Origin: Alphaproteobacteria bacterium
Lineage (GTDB): Bacteria; Pseudomonadota; Alphaproteobacteria; Rs-D84
Length of the DNA stretch: 64,000 nucleotides
Reading direction: 5' to 3'
NCBI GenBank assembly: GCA_017615655.1
Contig: JAFZZS010000005.1
Location: 80,445-144,444 of the forward strand
Part shown: positions 10,498 through 20,675 of the stretch, in pieces
How the letters are laid out: every line of letters begins with the position of its first letter
Position numbering within the stretch: position 1 is the stretch's first letter
The notes under the pieces: model-generated
Seen by the model: only the letters and a program-made list of their open reading frames with translations
What the model was told of the DNA's origin: nothing
Databases searched by the model: none
Program-made: the position numbers and the translations under genes

Positions 10498-12096
10498 TTA
10501 TTTAACTTTGCGCAGTTTTTTACGTATTTTGGGTGCAACGCTTAGTCCATCTGATGATAATTCTATGGCGCGTATATATGCCTCACTAGCCATTTTTTTA
10601 TCACCATTCCTTGCATATGCATCACCTAAGTGTTCAAATAAAGATGAACAACTATTTGCGGTGCGCCCTACCCTTGTCAATATGTCCAGTGCGGCATCAT
10701 TTCCTTCGCGTTCTGATACTACAAACGCAAGTGTATCCCATGCAACAATATCTGTTGGATCGTGTTTTACCATTGTCATCGCATAATCATATGCATTTTC
10801 AATTTCACGTTTTTGAATTGTCCAAATACGTGCCTGAATAGTAAGAATTTCAGAGTCTGTTTTAGAAGATTTTGCAGCCTCGTGAATATCGGACTGTGCG
10901 CGGTTTAGATCATCAAAAAGCAAATAAACCAATGCGCGTCTTTTAAGTAGATATATACGTCCTGAATCCGACAATGCCGGGTTTTTTAATGCATTATGTA
11001 ATACACGTAATGCGGCACTTTTGTCACCTTTCCCGGTATAAATTGCGACTAATTTATTAATTGCCGGTATGAACAATGGTTGTTTTTCAAGAATATTTTT
11101 TAATGCATCCACAGAATCAGATTCATCTGCTGCATGCATTTGCGCAAACAGAAAAAACGGGTTGCTCTGACTAAGATTTTCAAAATGTAAAGTCCCATTT
11201 CTGCCCGTATTAGAAAAAAACTGTCCCATATAGTAATTTATACTATCATTGAACCAGGGACTGTTATCAGTAATAATTTGTGCGAAACGTAACATCAATA
11301 CTGATAAGTCAGAAAAAAGCATAACTTTTGTATGAGATACACTTTGTATCAAATCAAAAGCAAGTGCATTCTGGGGACCAGAAAATGTTTTCCAATCAGG
11401 AAAATCATCATAACTTGTCATAAACATTCCACCGGCATTTGATGTAAAATCTTTACGCAACAATTCCGCCAAGTCGGTAAAATTATGCGATTTGTAAAAT
11501 GACATTATATAGGTGTAGTCATTTATATTCATAAATTCACTTTGAACTTTTTCAAATTCCTTGGTAGCGCGCTGTATATCCCCTGTTTCAGCGTAAATTT
11601 GTCCACGAATAAAAGATTTCCACGAAGAATTAGAATCTAATGAATCAATATATTTCAAGGTTTCTGTTACGCGTTTTTTTGCGATTCCAGACCATATACG
11701 AAACGGTGCGTATAATGCGGATTTATCACTGTTATGACGATTATACAGTGCATCCCACTTAGAATTTTTAACCAAATATGCGTCATAAATGATACGTGAT
11801 GCAGCATCAGTTTCTTTTGCTAAATTTTCTGGATTATCTGGCATAACACCGTTTAAAAATTGAGCCAGATAGTATGTTCTGCGAGGTGTTTTATAAGATA
11901 CATCAGAAAACTGACTGGCAAAATTTGATGCAGATTCAAAATCATTAACATATATAGCGTGTTGTGATGCAAGAAACGCCCCATATTTTGTTGTAATATC
12001 ATCCGGTTCTATTTTGACTGGTATTGGGCGTGTAAGCGTCCACATACCCGCAAAAATGACAACAAAAACAAAAAAGTAAAATAACGTTTTTTTCAT
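10498..12096 (-). CDS. TPR-repeat exported/membrane-anchored protein
   Basis: N-terminal hydrophobic segment; C-terminal TPR with alpha-type EHLGDAYARNG motif. Confidence 0.7.
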   Translation of the reverse strand: MKKTLFYFFVFVVIFAGMWTLTRPIPVKIEPDDITTKYGAFLASQHAIYVNDFESASNFASQFSDVSYKTPRRTYYLAQFLNGVMPDNPENLAKETDAASRIIYDAYLVKNSKWDALYNRHNSDKSALYAPFRIWSGIAKKRVTETLKYIDSLDSNSSWKSFIRGQIYAETGDIQRATKEFEKVQSEFMNINDYTYIMSFYKSHNFTDLAELLRKDFTSNAGGMFMTSYDDFPDWKTFSGPQNALAFDLIQSVSHTKVMLFSDLSVLMLRFAQIITDNSPWFNDSINYYMGQFFSNTGRNGTLHFENLSQSNPFFLFAQMHAADESDSVDALKNILEKQPLFIPAINKLVAIYTGKGDKSAALRVLHNALKNPALSDSGRIYLLKRRALVYLLFDDLNRAQSDIHEAAKSSKTDSEILTIQARIWTIQKREIENAYDYAMTMVKHDPTDIVAWDTLAFVVSEREGNDAALDILTRVGRTANSCSSLFEHLGDAYARNGDKKMASEAYIRAIELSSDGLSVAPKIRKKLRKVK

Positions 12097-12121
12097 GGTG
12101 AAATTATGCTACAATAATAAT

Positions 12122-12706
12122 ATGAATAGTAAAGAAAAATTTATACGTTATGCGGACTTGTTGCGAGAATGGTCGCAAAGAATGAATCTTGTTGCGCCAA
12201 GTACATTGGCTGACATAGAAACACGTCATTTTGCCGATTCTGCACAATTGGCAGAGATTTTACCAAAAGATGTTAGCGTCATAGATTTTGGCAGTGGTGC
12301 GGGTTTTCCAGGGGTTGTGCTTGCCATCTTGGGATGGAATGTAACCTGTATAGAATCCATCGGCAAAAAAGCACTTTTTCTTAATGAGTTAAAGAAAAGC
12401 CTCGCACTTGATAATTTAATAATTTATCATGGTAGAGTAGAAGATTTTTTACCGGCATTTTTTATAAAAAACAAAGAAAAAGCCGGTAAATTTTATTCGG
12501 GTTTTGTGATTACAGCACGTGCGTTTGCGCCATTAATTAAAATTTTAGACTATGTTCGAGATATAAATTGCCGGCTTTTTTTGCTAAAAGGCCGGGAAAT
12601 TGAAAAAGAAATAGATGTTGCAAAACGCAAATACAAATTTGATTATCAACTTGTTCCGTCAAAGACCGGTGATGGTTTTATAATAATCGTTGATTACAAG
12701 CATTAA
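12122..12706 (+). CDS. rsmG: 16S rRNA m7G527 methyltransferase RsmG (GidB)
   Basis: MNLVA, RHFADS, DFGSGAGFPG, ITARAFA, LKG. Start placed at MNSKEK. Confidence 0.95.
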   Translation: MNSKEKFIRYADLLREWSQRMNLVAPSTLADIETRHFADSAQLAEILPKDVSVIDFGSGAGFPGVVLAILGWNVTCIESIGKKALFLNELKKSLALDNLIIYHGRVEDFLPAFFIKNKEKAGKFYSGFVITARAFAPLIKILDYVRDINCRLFLLKGREIEKEIDVAKRKYKFDYQLVPSKTGDGFIIIVDYKH

Positions 12707-12790
12707 TTTCATATGAAACAAGGTGTAACTTACTAAAATTACGTGTTTTTGTCCCTTTTTCTGTGTTACGGTTTAATTTCGTGTGAAATA
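12705..12790. promoter_or_regulatory. Two degenerate parS-like palindromes (TTTCATATGAAA, TTTCGTGTGAAA)
   Basis: 12/16 and 11/16 matches to TGTTTCACGTGAAACA, in the rsmG-parA intergenic region. Confidence 0.4.
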
Positions 12791-12896
12791 AAATATAATA
12801 TTTTGATATTAGTGATTTTTTGTATTTTTAAAATTTATAACTTGACCCTTGTGTTTATTTCGTTGTATGTTTACTTTAACAAAAGGAAGGTTTGTT

Positions 12897-13670
12897 ATGA
12901 CGGAAATAATCGCTTTTGCAAATCAAAAAGGTGGTGTAGGTAAAACAACAACGGCTATAAACCTTGGATCGTCACTTGCAGCAATTAAAAAACGGGTTTT
13001 GTTAATAGACTTAGATTCACAGGGTAATGCTGGGACTGGGCTTGGGTTTATACGTTCTTCGCATTCACAAAGTGTTTACGGCGTATTGATGGGGACCTCA
13101 ACAGCGGCAGAAAACATACTGTCAACGGCGGTTCCTGGACTACATATACTGCCATCTACCCAGGCTTTATCTGGTGCAGCGGTTGAATTATTAGATATGG
13201 AAAATAAAGAATATCGTTTGCGCGATGCGTTGGAACCAATTATGTCACATTATGATTATATTTTGCTGGATTGCCCCCCTGCCCTTGATTATGTAACACT
13301 TAATGCGTTAACTACGGCAAATCATGTTATTATACCCCTACAATGTGAATTTTTTTCGTTAGAAGGCGTTTTACACCTTGTAAACAGTATTAAAGGAGTA
13401 CGTCAAAAATGGAATCCGACACTTGATGTTCTGGGGGTTTTGTTGACAATGTATGATCGGCGATATGCCATGACGCGTGAGGTTGAGGAAAATGTTCGTG
13501 CTACATTTGGTGACAAGGTTTTTAAAACGGTGATACCCAGAAATGTACGAGTAGCCGAGGCGCCAAGTCATGGCAAACCGGCGTTATTTTATGATTTTAA
13601 TTCAACGGGTGCGCAGGCATATTTACGTGTTGCAACCGAAGTTGTTCAAAAATTAGAGAAGGGGAAATAG
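12897..13670 (+). CDS. parA: Chromosome partitioning ATPase ParA
   Basis: NQKGGVGKTTT, DLDSQGN, DCPP, PRNVRVAEAPSHG. RBS AAGGAAGG before ATG 12897. Confidence 0.97.
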   Translation: MTEIIAFANQKGGVGKTTTAINLGSSLAAIKKRVLLIDLDSQGNAGTGLGFIRSSHSQSVYGVLMGTSTAAENILSTAVPGLHILPSTQALSGAAVELLDMENKEYRLRDALEPIMSHYDYILLDCPPALDYVTLNALTTANHVIIPLQCEFFSLEGVLHLVNSIKGVRQKWNPTLDVLGVLLTMYDRRYAMTREVEENVRATFGDKVFKTVIPRNVRVAEAPSHGKPALFYDFNSTGAQAYLRVATEVVQKLEKGK

Positions 13671-13671
13671 T

Positions 13672-14553
13672 ATGTCAAGATTTGGATTAGGACGAAATTT
13701 AGACGATTTACAGAATGAAATTGGGGTTGCCCCAGATATTTCAATTTTATCGGGAACAGAACGCGTTGTTGTTCGACAAATACCGCTTGTTCAAATAGGT
13801 ATAAATCCTGATCAGCCACGTAAAACATTTGTGCAGGCAGATTTAGAAGATTTAGCGGCGTCTATTCGCGAAAAGGGTGTTTTAACACCGATTTTATTAC
13901 GACCAGTCAAGGGCAGGGCGTACAGCTATGAAATCGTTGCAGGTGAACGTCGTTTTCGTGCTAGTAAAATGGCGGGTTTAAATGAGATTCCTGCATTTGT
14001 TAAGAATTTGGCTGATGACAATGCAATGGAAATAGCGCTTATTGAAAATGTGCAACGTGAAAATTTGAACCCCATAGAAGAATCTGCAGGCTATGTAAAT
14101 TTGATGAACAAGTGCAAATATACACTGCAAGATGTTGCACGTTTGATTGGTAAATCTGAAAGTTACATAAGAAATTCGATTCGTTTGAATGGGTTACCGG
14201 CATCTGTTAAGAAAATGGTAGAGCAGGGTGAACTTTCCGCATCGCATGCACGTGCAATCGCAGTTGCAGAAAACCCCGAACAATTAGCGCAAGAAATTCT
14301 TACAAAGAAAATGACTGTCGCAGAGACCGAAATGCGCGTAAAAAAAGTTGCTCGTTCCACCAATACTCGTAAATTCACTGACAAGACAATGGATGCTAAA
14401 ACTGTTCGCGAATTAATTGGGCGTGCTGAACGCGCATTATCTGCAGCGGTAAGAATAACAGAACGTCGTGGTGGTGCGGGGATTATAACAATATCATTTA
14501 ATACCCGTAATCAATTAAATGAAATAATTGACAAAATCGCCGGCAAAAAATGA
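13672..14553 (+). CDS. parB: Chromosome partitioning protein ParB
   Basis: NPDQPRK, GERRFRA (CTP motif), ENVQRENL, HTH. Confidence 0.96.
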   Translation: MSRFGLGRNLDDLQNEIGVAPDISILSGTERVVVRQIPLVQIGINPDQPRKTFVQADLEDLAASIREKGVLTPILLRPVKGRAYSYEIVAGERRFRASKMAGLNEIPAFVKNLADDNAMEIALIENVQRENLNPIEESAGYVNLMNKCKYTLQDVARLIGKSESYIRNSIRLNGLPASVKKMVEQGELSASHARAIAVAENPEQLAQEILTKKMTVAETEMRVKKVARSTNTRKFTDKTMDAKTVRELIGRAERALSAAVRITERRGGAGIITISFNTRNQLNEIIDKIAGKK

Positions 14554-14648
14554 TAAAATATTAAAAAATGCCGGTCGTTGACAAAATTTGTACCTAAAGA
14601 TAAACGGGGAACCTGTTTGAATAGTTATAGATTTGCCTAAGAAAAAAG

Positions 14649-14676
14649 AAAACACCGACAGACATCGGTGTTTTTT
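14649..14676 (+). terminator. Intrinsic terminator
   Basis: aaaacaccga-cagaca-tcggtg-T6. Confidence 0.75.
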
Positions 14677-14679
14677 GGT

Positions 14680-14707
14680 AAAAAAAAACGCCCAGACGGG
14701 CGTTTTT
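14680..14707 (-). terminator. Intrinsic terminator for pal (bidirectional)
   Basis: A9-cgccc-agac-gggcg-T5. Confidence 0.8.
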
Positions 14708-14708
14708 A

Positions 14709-15125
14709 TTATTTGACAGTCGTTGTTGCGTTACGATTGAATTTCCAAACATCTTCGCCGGTACCTTTGACCAATGGACGTTCTTTACCATAAGAAATGG
14801 TAGAGATACGTTTTGCATCGATACCTTCATCAACGATAACCTTCTTGGCTGCGTTAGCACGACGTGCACCTAATGCCAAGTTGTATTCTGTAGAACCGCG
14901 TTCGTCGCAGTTACCAGCAATTTGAACTTTGACATCATCGTGTGACTTCATGTACAAAGCCTGACCCAACAAGTTATCACGCGCCGCTTCAGAGATTTCC
15001 GAAGAGTTAAACGCAAAGAAAACGCGTTGGCCGTTCAAATCTTCTGGTTCAACAACACTTGAACCACCACATGCCGCCAGCAATCCAGCAGCACCAGCTA
15101 ATAAAGCAAAGTTTTTTATTTTCAT
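14709..15125 (-). CDS. pal: Peptidoglycan-associated lipoprotein Pal
   Basis: Lipobox LAAC, GNCDERGSTEYNLALGARRA, ISYGKERP, NRNA. Confidence 0.93.
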   Translation of the reverse strand: MKIKNFALLAGAAGLLAACGGSSVVEPEDLNGQRVFFAFNSSEISEAARDNLLGQALYMKSHDDVKVQIAGNCDERGSTEYNLALGARRANAAKKVIVDEGIDAKRISTISYGKERPLVKGTGEDVWKFNRNATTTVK

Positions 15126-15217
15126 GAAAATACTCCCTTGAGTTTCTGTTGCTCATGGTTTAGTGTATAATAAAAATTTTCAAAAATCAAGAAAAACAAA
15201 ATGGAAAGTGTAATAAA

Positions 15218-15961
15218 ATGCAAAATGTGTTGAAAGATTTGATAATGGCGGGTGTTAAATGGGAGATTTGTGACACTTCCCTGGGGTTTGCAGAATTAAT
15301 ATCACATTCTGAAAACAAACCAGAAAGAACCCGCACAATATCAACAGTGGTTCCACCCATAGATCCGATTGTACCAATGTCGATAGATACGGCATCTGCA
15401 ATGGCGAATCGCCCAACAACAGTTGATGCACTTTTACGCATGATTCTAGAATTTAATCATCCACTACGCAATGGCGCATCAAATGTTGTTTTACCAGCGG
15501 CCGCAAAAAATTCAAATGGCGTAATGATAATTACAGACATTCCATCAAGTGATGATGATGCTACTGGAAATATTCTTTCAGGAAATGCTGGTGACTTGTT
15601 AAATAAAATGTTATATGCCATTGAAATGTCACGCGATACAGTGTCAATATCCCCGCTATTATTTTGGCGAACACCAGGTGGACGAACACCATCGCGTTTA
15701 GAATTAGATTTGGCGCGTCCATTTGTAAATAAATTTATAGAATTAGTGAATCCACGAATAATTATAACACTGGGAACCGTCGCAGCATCTGAAATTGCAA
15801 ATATTGACCTTGCACATCACCATGGTGCCAAGACAGTTTTGCACAATAATGTCTGTGTGTTTTCTATATATCACCCAAATTACATAATTTTAAAACCTGA
15901 TACCAAGCGAGATGTATGGACGGTTTTACAAAGTGTACAAAATTTGTTGAAAAATTCTTAG
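15218..15961 (+). CDS. Uracil-DNA glycosylase family 4-like protein, degenerate active-site motifs
   Basis: GNAGDLLNKML.AI, WRTPGGRTP, IITLG, HPNY motifs retained. Confidence 0.8.
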   Translation: MQNVLKDLIMAGVKWEICDTSLGFAELISHSENKPERTRTISTVVPPIDPIVPMSIDTASAMANRPTTVDALLRMILEFNHPLRNGASNVVLPAAAKNSNGVMIITDIPSSDDDATGNILSGNAGDLLNKMLYAIEMSRDTVSISPLLFWRTPGGRTPSRLELDLARPFVNKFIELVNPRIIITLGTVAASEIANIDLAHHHGAKTVLHNNVCVFSIYHPNYIILKPDTKRDVWTVLQSVQNLLKNS

Positions 15962-16004
15962 AAATGTTTAATACTTGGCGCATAGACATTAAAAGGAGCG
16001 TACA

Positions 16005-16562
16005 ATTAAACCAGTAAACAACCGTGATAATCGTCGTGACATGGGTCCGCGTATAAATAATCGTATAACTGCAAAAACTGTGCAAGTTATCAGTAATGAT
16101 GGACAAAATCTTGGCATAATGCAAACCACTGATGCCATTCAGACAGCAATGGATTTGGGGTTTGATTTGGTAGAGTTAAACGGGAATACCGCAACACCTG
16201 TTGTTAAAATAATGGATTTTGGAAAATATAAGTACGAGCAGAAAAAACGTGCAAATGAAGCCAAGAAGAAACAAAAAATCGTTGAAATGAAAGAGGTTTG
16301 GATAAAACCATTTATTGAAGAGAACGATTTGCAAATAAAGTTGAAAAAGGTTTTTGAATTCCTGGATAATGGTGACAAGGTTAAAATCGCGGTTATGACA
16401 CATGGTTCAAAACGCGTTTTGGCAATGGGTAAAGATGCGATTCCCGGTCTTTTTGCGCATGTTGTGGAACTAATTGGTGATCGTGGAACGCTAGAGAGCA
16501 GATCAAAACCAGATGAAAGAACAAAGTCGATTATTATTGCGCCTGCCAAGGCAGTCAAATAG
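16005..16562 (+). CDS. infC: Translation initiation factor IF-3, probable ATT start
   Basis: RINNRI, DLVE, KIMDFGKYKYE. AGGAG SD lies 6 nt upstream of an in-frame ATT at 16005. Confidence 0.93.
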   Translation: MKPVNNRDNRRDMGPRINNRITAKTVQVISNDGQNLGIMQTTDAIQTAMDLGFDLVELNGNTATPVVKIMDFGKYKYEQKKRANEAKKKQKIVEMKEVWIKPFIEENDLQIKLKKVFEFLDNGDKVKIAVMTHGSKRVLAMGKDAIPGLFAHVVELIGDRGTLESRSKPDERTKSIIIAPAKAVK

Positions 16563-16563
16563 T

Positions 16564-16588
16564 AAAACGCCCAGGTGGGCGTTTTTTT
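16564..16588 (+). terminator. Terminator after infC
   Basis: aaaacgccca-gg-tgggcg-T7. Confidence 0.8.
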
Positions 16589-16673
16589 GCATGTAAAAGA
16601 AAATATAGATTTATCATTTGATTTTTTACCGATGTTTTTGTATTGTTCCTTTTGATTTCAAGAGGTTTAAATA

Positions 16674-16877
16674 ATGGATACAGAAAAACTGTCATTTGAA
16701 GAAGCGTACAAGCAATTAAGTGAATTGGTCAAAAAAATGGAATCTGGCGAATTACCATTGGCGGATTCTGTGGCGGCGTATGAACAAGGTATAAAATTAA
16801 AAGCATATTGTGAACAATTATTAAAAGAAGCCGAATTAAAGATAGAAACCTTGAAAATTACAAACCCAAATGATTAA
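16674..16877 (+). CDS. xseB: Exodeoxyribonuclease VII small subunit
   Basis: SFEEAYKQL..LV..MESGELPLADS..YEQG..L..CEQLL.EAE.KI. Confidence 0.93.
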   Translation: MDTEKLSFEEAYKQLSELVKKMESGELPLADSVAAYEQGIKLKAYCEQLLKEAELKIETLKITNPND

Positions 16878-19393
16878 TGGATTTGGCAATGTCCGAAAAA
16901 AGTAAACTTACCCCGGTAATGCAACAATATGTGGATTTTAAAAATGAAAATCCTGATGCATTGCTAATGTTTCGTCTTGGGGATTTTTATGAATCTTTTT
17001 TCGAAGATGCAAAAGTAATTAGTTCAAAACTTGGACTTGTTTTAACATCACGTGGTACGGATGGTGATGGGGCGGATATTCCAATGTGTGGTATTCCATG
17101 GCATGCATCAGATAATTACTTTGGACGACTTGTCAGTGCGGGTTTCAAACTTGCACTAGTAGAGCAGATGGAAACACCGGCTCAGGCTAAAGAACGTGGG
17201 CATAAATTCATAGAACGCAAAATAGTACGAGTCTTGACCCCTGGCACACTTACAGATGAAAATTTGTTATCACCCAAGAGTTCTAATTTTTTAATTGCGG
17301 TTATGCCATCAGGAGATAAGTTTGATATAGCGGGCTGTGATATATCAACAGGTGAATTTTTTATTGGTCAAACAGGTGATATAATCGACGATTTAGTTCG
17401 CGTCTCACCGGCCGAGGTAATATATCCATCATTAGATGCAGAAAATAACACTATTTTGCATATTCGTGATACATTTAAATCAACACCGGTTTTTGAAAAG
17501 ATATATCGTCGGACAGATATAAGTACAATAGTATCATCAATTTTTATGGACGCAGATTACAAAAATAACCAGGCTGTTGGATTGCTGGCGGGGTATCTGT
17601 TTAATACTCAGCGTGGTGCGGCACTGGCATTTCGGGCACCATACACATTTAAATCTGGTGCGCAGATGTTAATAGATTCTGCGACATGGAAAAGTCTTGA
17701 GATAGATGCACCAATAAATGACGGCGGTAAATGTTTACTTGATGTTCTGGATAATACAAAAACCGCTGCGGGCGGTCGTAAACTGCGTTCGTATTTGCGC
17801 AATCTTTCGGCAAATATTAGTGAAATTTGTGCAAGACAAGAACATATTGGGCATTTTGTAAGAAATTCTGATGTGCGGATGATGGTTGGCAAGATGTTAG
17901 CACGTGTTCCAGATGTTGGCCGTGCATTATCACGATTGCTTTCGGGGCGTGGTACCCCCCGAGATATGCGGAATGTAACAGATTTTCTAATTGAATTACC
18001 AAATATAAAAATGATATCTACACGTCTTGATTCGGCCCTGGCCACGCAGATGGGGAATATAAAGACACATGATAATATCGCATTGCAATTAAATTCGGCA
18101 CTTGCAGACGATTTGCCAACATTTTTTCGTGATGGTGATGTTATACGCGATGGTTTTGATTTATCACTAGATAACATGCGTGCGCTTTCACACGGTGCCA
18201 AAGAGGCTATTGCGGCAATGCAGGCACAATATGCCACCGAAACGGGTATTCATACTTTAAAAGTCAAGTTTAATAATGTTCTGGGATATTTTATCGAGGT
18301 CCCATCCGCACGCGCAGATTCTATGATGCGTCCAGATTCTGGGTTTATACACCGTCAAACAATGTCTGGGAATGTGCGTTTTACGACGGAACGTTTAATA
18401 GAATTAGATAACGATATTCGAACCGCCGCAGACAAGGCAGCCGCCATAGAGGCAGAAATCATAGACAAATTCATTGAGCAAATTCGTGAGATTTCAAATG
18501 ATTTGCTGTTGGCGGCGGATGCAATCGCTGATATGGATGTGTGGTATGCATTGTCAATATGTGCGGTTAAATGTAATTGGGTACAACCAGAAATAACTAA
18601 TGGATTTGATTTTAATATTGTTGGTGGGCGCCACCCTGTTATAGAATCTGTATTGCGTTCACATGGGGACAGTTTTGTTAGAAACAATTGTAATCTAGAC
18701 AATGAATCTATTGCATTACTTACTGGACCTAATATGGCGGGAAAATCAACATATTTGCGTCAAAATGCATTATTGATTGTACTTGCGCATCTGGGTTCTT
18801 TTGTGCCAGCGAGAAGCGCCAAGATCGGAATTTGTGATCAGTTATTTAGTCGTGTTGGTGCATCAGATAACCTTGCGGCAGGGCAATCAACATTTATGGT
18901 TGAAATGGGTGAAACTGCGAATATTTTGCGACGTGCAACACCGCATTCTTTTATCATTTTTGATGAAATAGGGCGTGGAACCGCGACTTACGATGGTATG
19001 GCTATTGCACAGGCGGTCCTAGAATATCTTGACATGTTACGGGCACGGACATTATTTGCAACTCATTATCATGAATTGACGCATTTGGCGGCACAAAATG
19101 GTGGAAATTTAAAAAATGTTTTGTGTCTTACCATTGATGTACGCGAACACAATAATGAAATCGTATTTATGCACCGTATTATGCCGGGGGTTGCAAACCG
19201 TTCATATGGTATCCATGTTGCAAAAATGGCGGGAATGCCGGATTCAGTGGTTGCACGTGCAGAATCTGTACTGTCCGGACTTGAGGGGCCACAACCCCAA
19301 AATATGTCACTTAATGAACCCAAGAAACATAGTACGGATAATCGTACCGATAATCAGCCAAAAAATAAGTCGCAACTTTCACTATTTGAATAA
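16877..19393 (+). CDS. mutS: DNA mismatch repair protein MutS
   Basis: TPVMQQY, FRLGDFYESF, GPNMAGKST, STFMVEM, DEIGRGT, FATHYHEL. Confidence 0.98.
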   Translation: MDLAMSEKSKLTPVMQQYVDFKNENPDALLMFRLGDFYESFFEDAKVISSKLGLVLTSRGTDGDGADIPMCGIPWHASDNYFGRLVSAGFKLALVEQMETPAQAKERGHKFIERKIVRVLTPGTLTDENLLSPKSSNFLIAVMPSGDKFDIAGCDISTGEFFIGQTGDIIDDLVRVSPAEVIYPSLDAENNTILHIRDTFKSTPVFEKIYRRTDISTIVSSIFMDADYKNNQAVGLLAGYLFNTQRGAALAFRAPYTFKSGAQMLIDSATWKSLEIDAPINDGGKCLLDVLDNTKTAAGGRKLRSYLRNLSANISEICARQEHIGHFVRNSDVRMMVGKMLARVPDVGRALSRLLSGRGTPRDMRNVTDFLIELPNIKMISTRLDSALATQMGNIKTHDNIALQLNSALADDLPTFFRDGDVIRDGFDLSLDNMRALSHGAKEAIAAMQAQYATETGIHTLKVKFNNVLGYFIEVPSARADSMMRPDSGFIHRQTMSGNVRFTTERLIELDNDIRTAADKAAAIEAEIIDKFIEQIREISNDLLLAADAIADMDVWYALSICAVKCNWVQPEITNGFDFNIVGGRHPVIESVLRSHGDSFVRNNCNLDNESIALLTGPNMAGKSTYLRQNALLIVLAHLGSFVPARSAKIGICDQLFSRVGASDNLAAGQSTFMVEMGETANILRRATPHSFIIFDEIGRGTATYDGMAIAQAVLEYLDMLRARTLFATHYHELTHLAAQNGGNLKNVLCLTIDVREHNNEIVFMHRIMPGVANRSYGIHVAKMAGMPDSVVARAESVLSGLEGPQPQNMSLNEPKKHSTDNRTDNQPKNKSQLSLFE

Positions 19394-19470
19394 TTGATTA
19401 CATATGTATAGTTATTAAGATAACATAAAAAATATGTTGTAAATTTATTATTTTATTCAATAATGTCAAT

Positions 19471-20343
19471 ATGTCAGATGGTTGGATTATTTTAGACAAG
19501 GCTTCCGGTGTTTTTTCAAAAAGTGCCGCTGCGCGTGTTGCACGTATTTTTGGAACGAAAAAGAATGGGCATATTGGAACGTTGGACCCGATGGCATCAG
19601 GGGTGTTACCAATTGCACTTGGTAAAGCAACGAAAATGGTGCCATTTATCGAAGAATACGCGGATAGAGCCAAGGAATATTTGTTTTCGGTTAAATTTGG
19701 GTTCGAAACAGATACACTGGATATAACTGGCAAAGAAATAAAGCGCACAAATGTTGTTCCGTCTATAGATTTAGTGCAACGAAATTTATCAAAATTTATT
19801 GGCAAAATTTCACAAATTCCCCCCATTTACAGTGCAGTTCATATTGATGGATGTCGGGCATACGAATTGGCACGCAAAGGCGAAATTCCGGAAATTCCTC
19901 CGCGAATAATCGAAGTTCACCTTTTAGAATTATTAGACTCTATTGACGATACATTTAATTTTCGTATGATTTGTGCACCTGGGACATATGTTCGTAGTAT
20001 TGCACGTGATTTAGCATATGCGTGTGGAACTTTTGCTACTGTTACAATGATTTGTCGCACATCCACAAGTGGTTTTAAATTAAAAAATGCTGTTGGACTT
20101 GATTTTCTAGAAAATTTGTTTAATAATGGCACGGATGTCAGTAAATATCTGGCACCAGTGGATTTCGGACTGGGGGACATTCCGGTTCTTAATCTTAACG
20201 ATCAATCCGTCAATCTGTACAGAAATGGCGGGTTCATAGGAGTTGCGAGTGCCGATGGAATATACCGTGTTTATTCTGAGAAAGAATTTATTGGAATAGG
20301 TACAGTTTCATCAGGGGTTCTGCGACCAAAACGAACAATTTAA
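19471..20343 (+). CDS. truB: tRNA pseudouridine(55) synthase
   Basis: [32 protein letters not shown]. Confidence 0.96.
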   Translation: MSDGWIILDKASGVFSKSAAARVARIFGTKKNGHIGTLDPMASGVLPIALGKATKMVPFIEEYADRAKEYLFSVKFGFETDTLDITGKEIKRTNVVPSIDLVQRNLSKFIGKISQIPPIYSAVHIDGCRAYELARKGEIPEIPPRIIEVHLLELLDSIDDTFNFRMICAPGTYVRSIARDLAYACGTFATVTMICRTSTSGFKLKNAVGLDFLENLFNNGTDVSKYLAPVDFGLGDIPVLNLNDQSVNLYRNGGFIGVASADGIYRVYSEKEFIGIGTVSSGVLRPKRTI

Positions 20344-20360
20344 AACATAAGGAATCAATA

Positions 20361-20633
20361 ATGTCCATAACAAAAACCAAAAAGACAGAAATTATCAATG
20401 CATTTAAGGCAAGCGATAAGGACAATGGCGGTTCAGTTGAATCTCAGGTTGCTGTTTTAACAGAACGTATCCGTAATTTAACAGAACACATGAAACAGAA
20501 CCACAAAGATTTACATTCGCGTCGTGGTTTGCTTATGATGGTTAATCGTCGTAAAAAATTGTTGGCGTACATCAAAAAGCGTAATGAAAGTGAATACGAA
20601 GAGCTGATTAAGAAATTAGGTCTGCGTAAATAA
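20361..20633 (+). CDS. rpsO: 30S ribosomal protein S15
   Basis: [34 protein letters not shown]. Confidence 0.98.
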   Translation: MSITKTKKTEIINAFKASDKDNGGSVESQVAVLTERIRNLTEHMKQNHKDLHSRRGLLMMVNRRKKLLAYIKKRNESEYEELIKKLGLRK

Positions 20634-20638
20634 TTTTT

Positions 20639-20662
20639 GGCCGACGGATTGTCGGCCTTTTT
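20639..20662 (+). terminator. Terminator after rpsO
   Basis: ggccgac-ggatt-gtcggcc-T5. Confidence 0.85.
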
Positions 20663-20675
20663 ATTTATAAAATAT

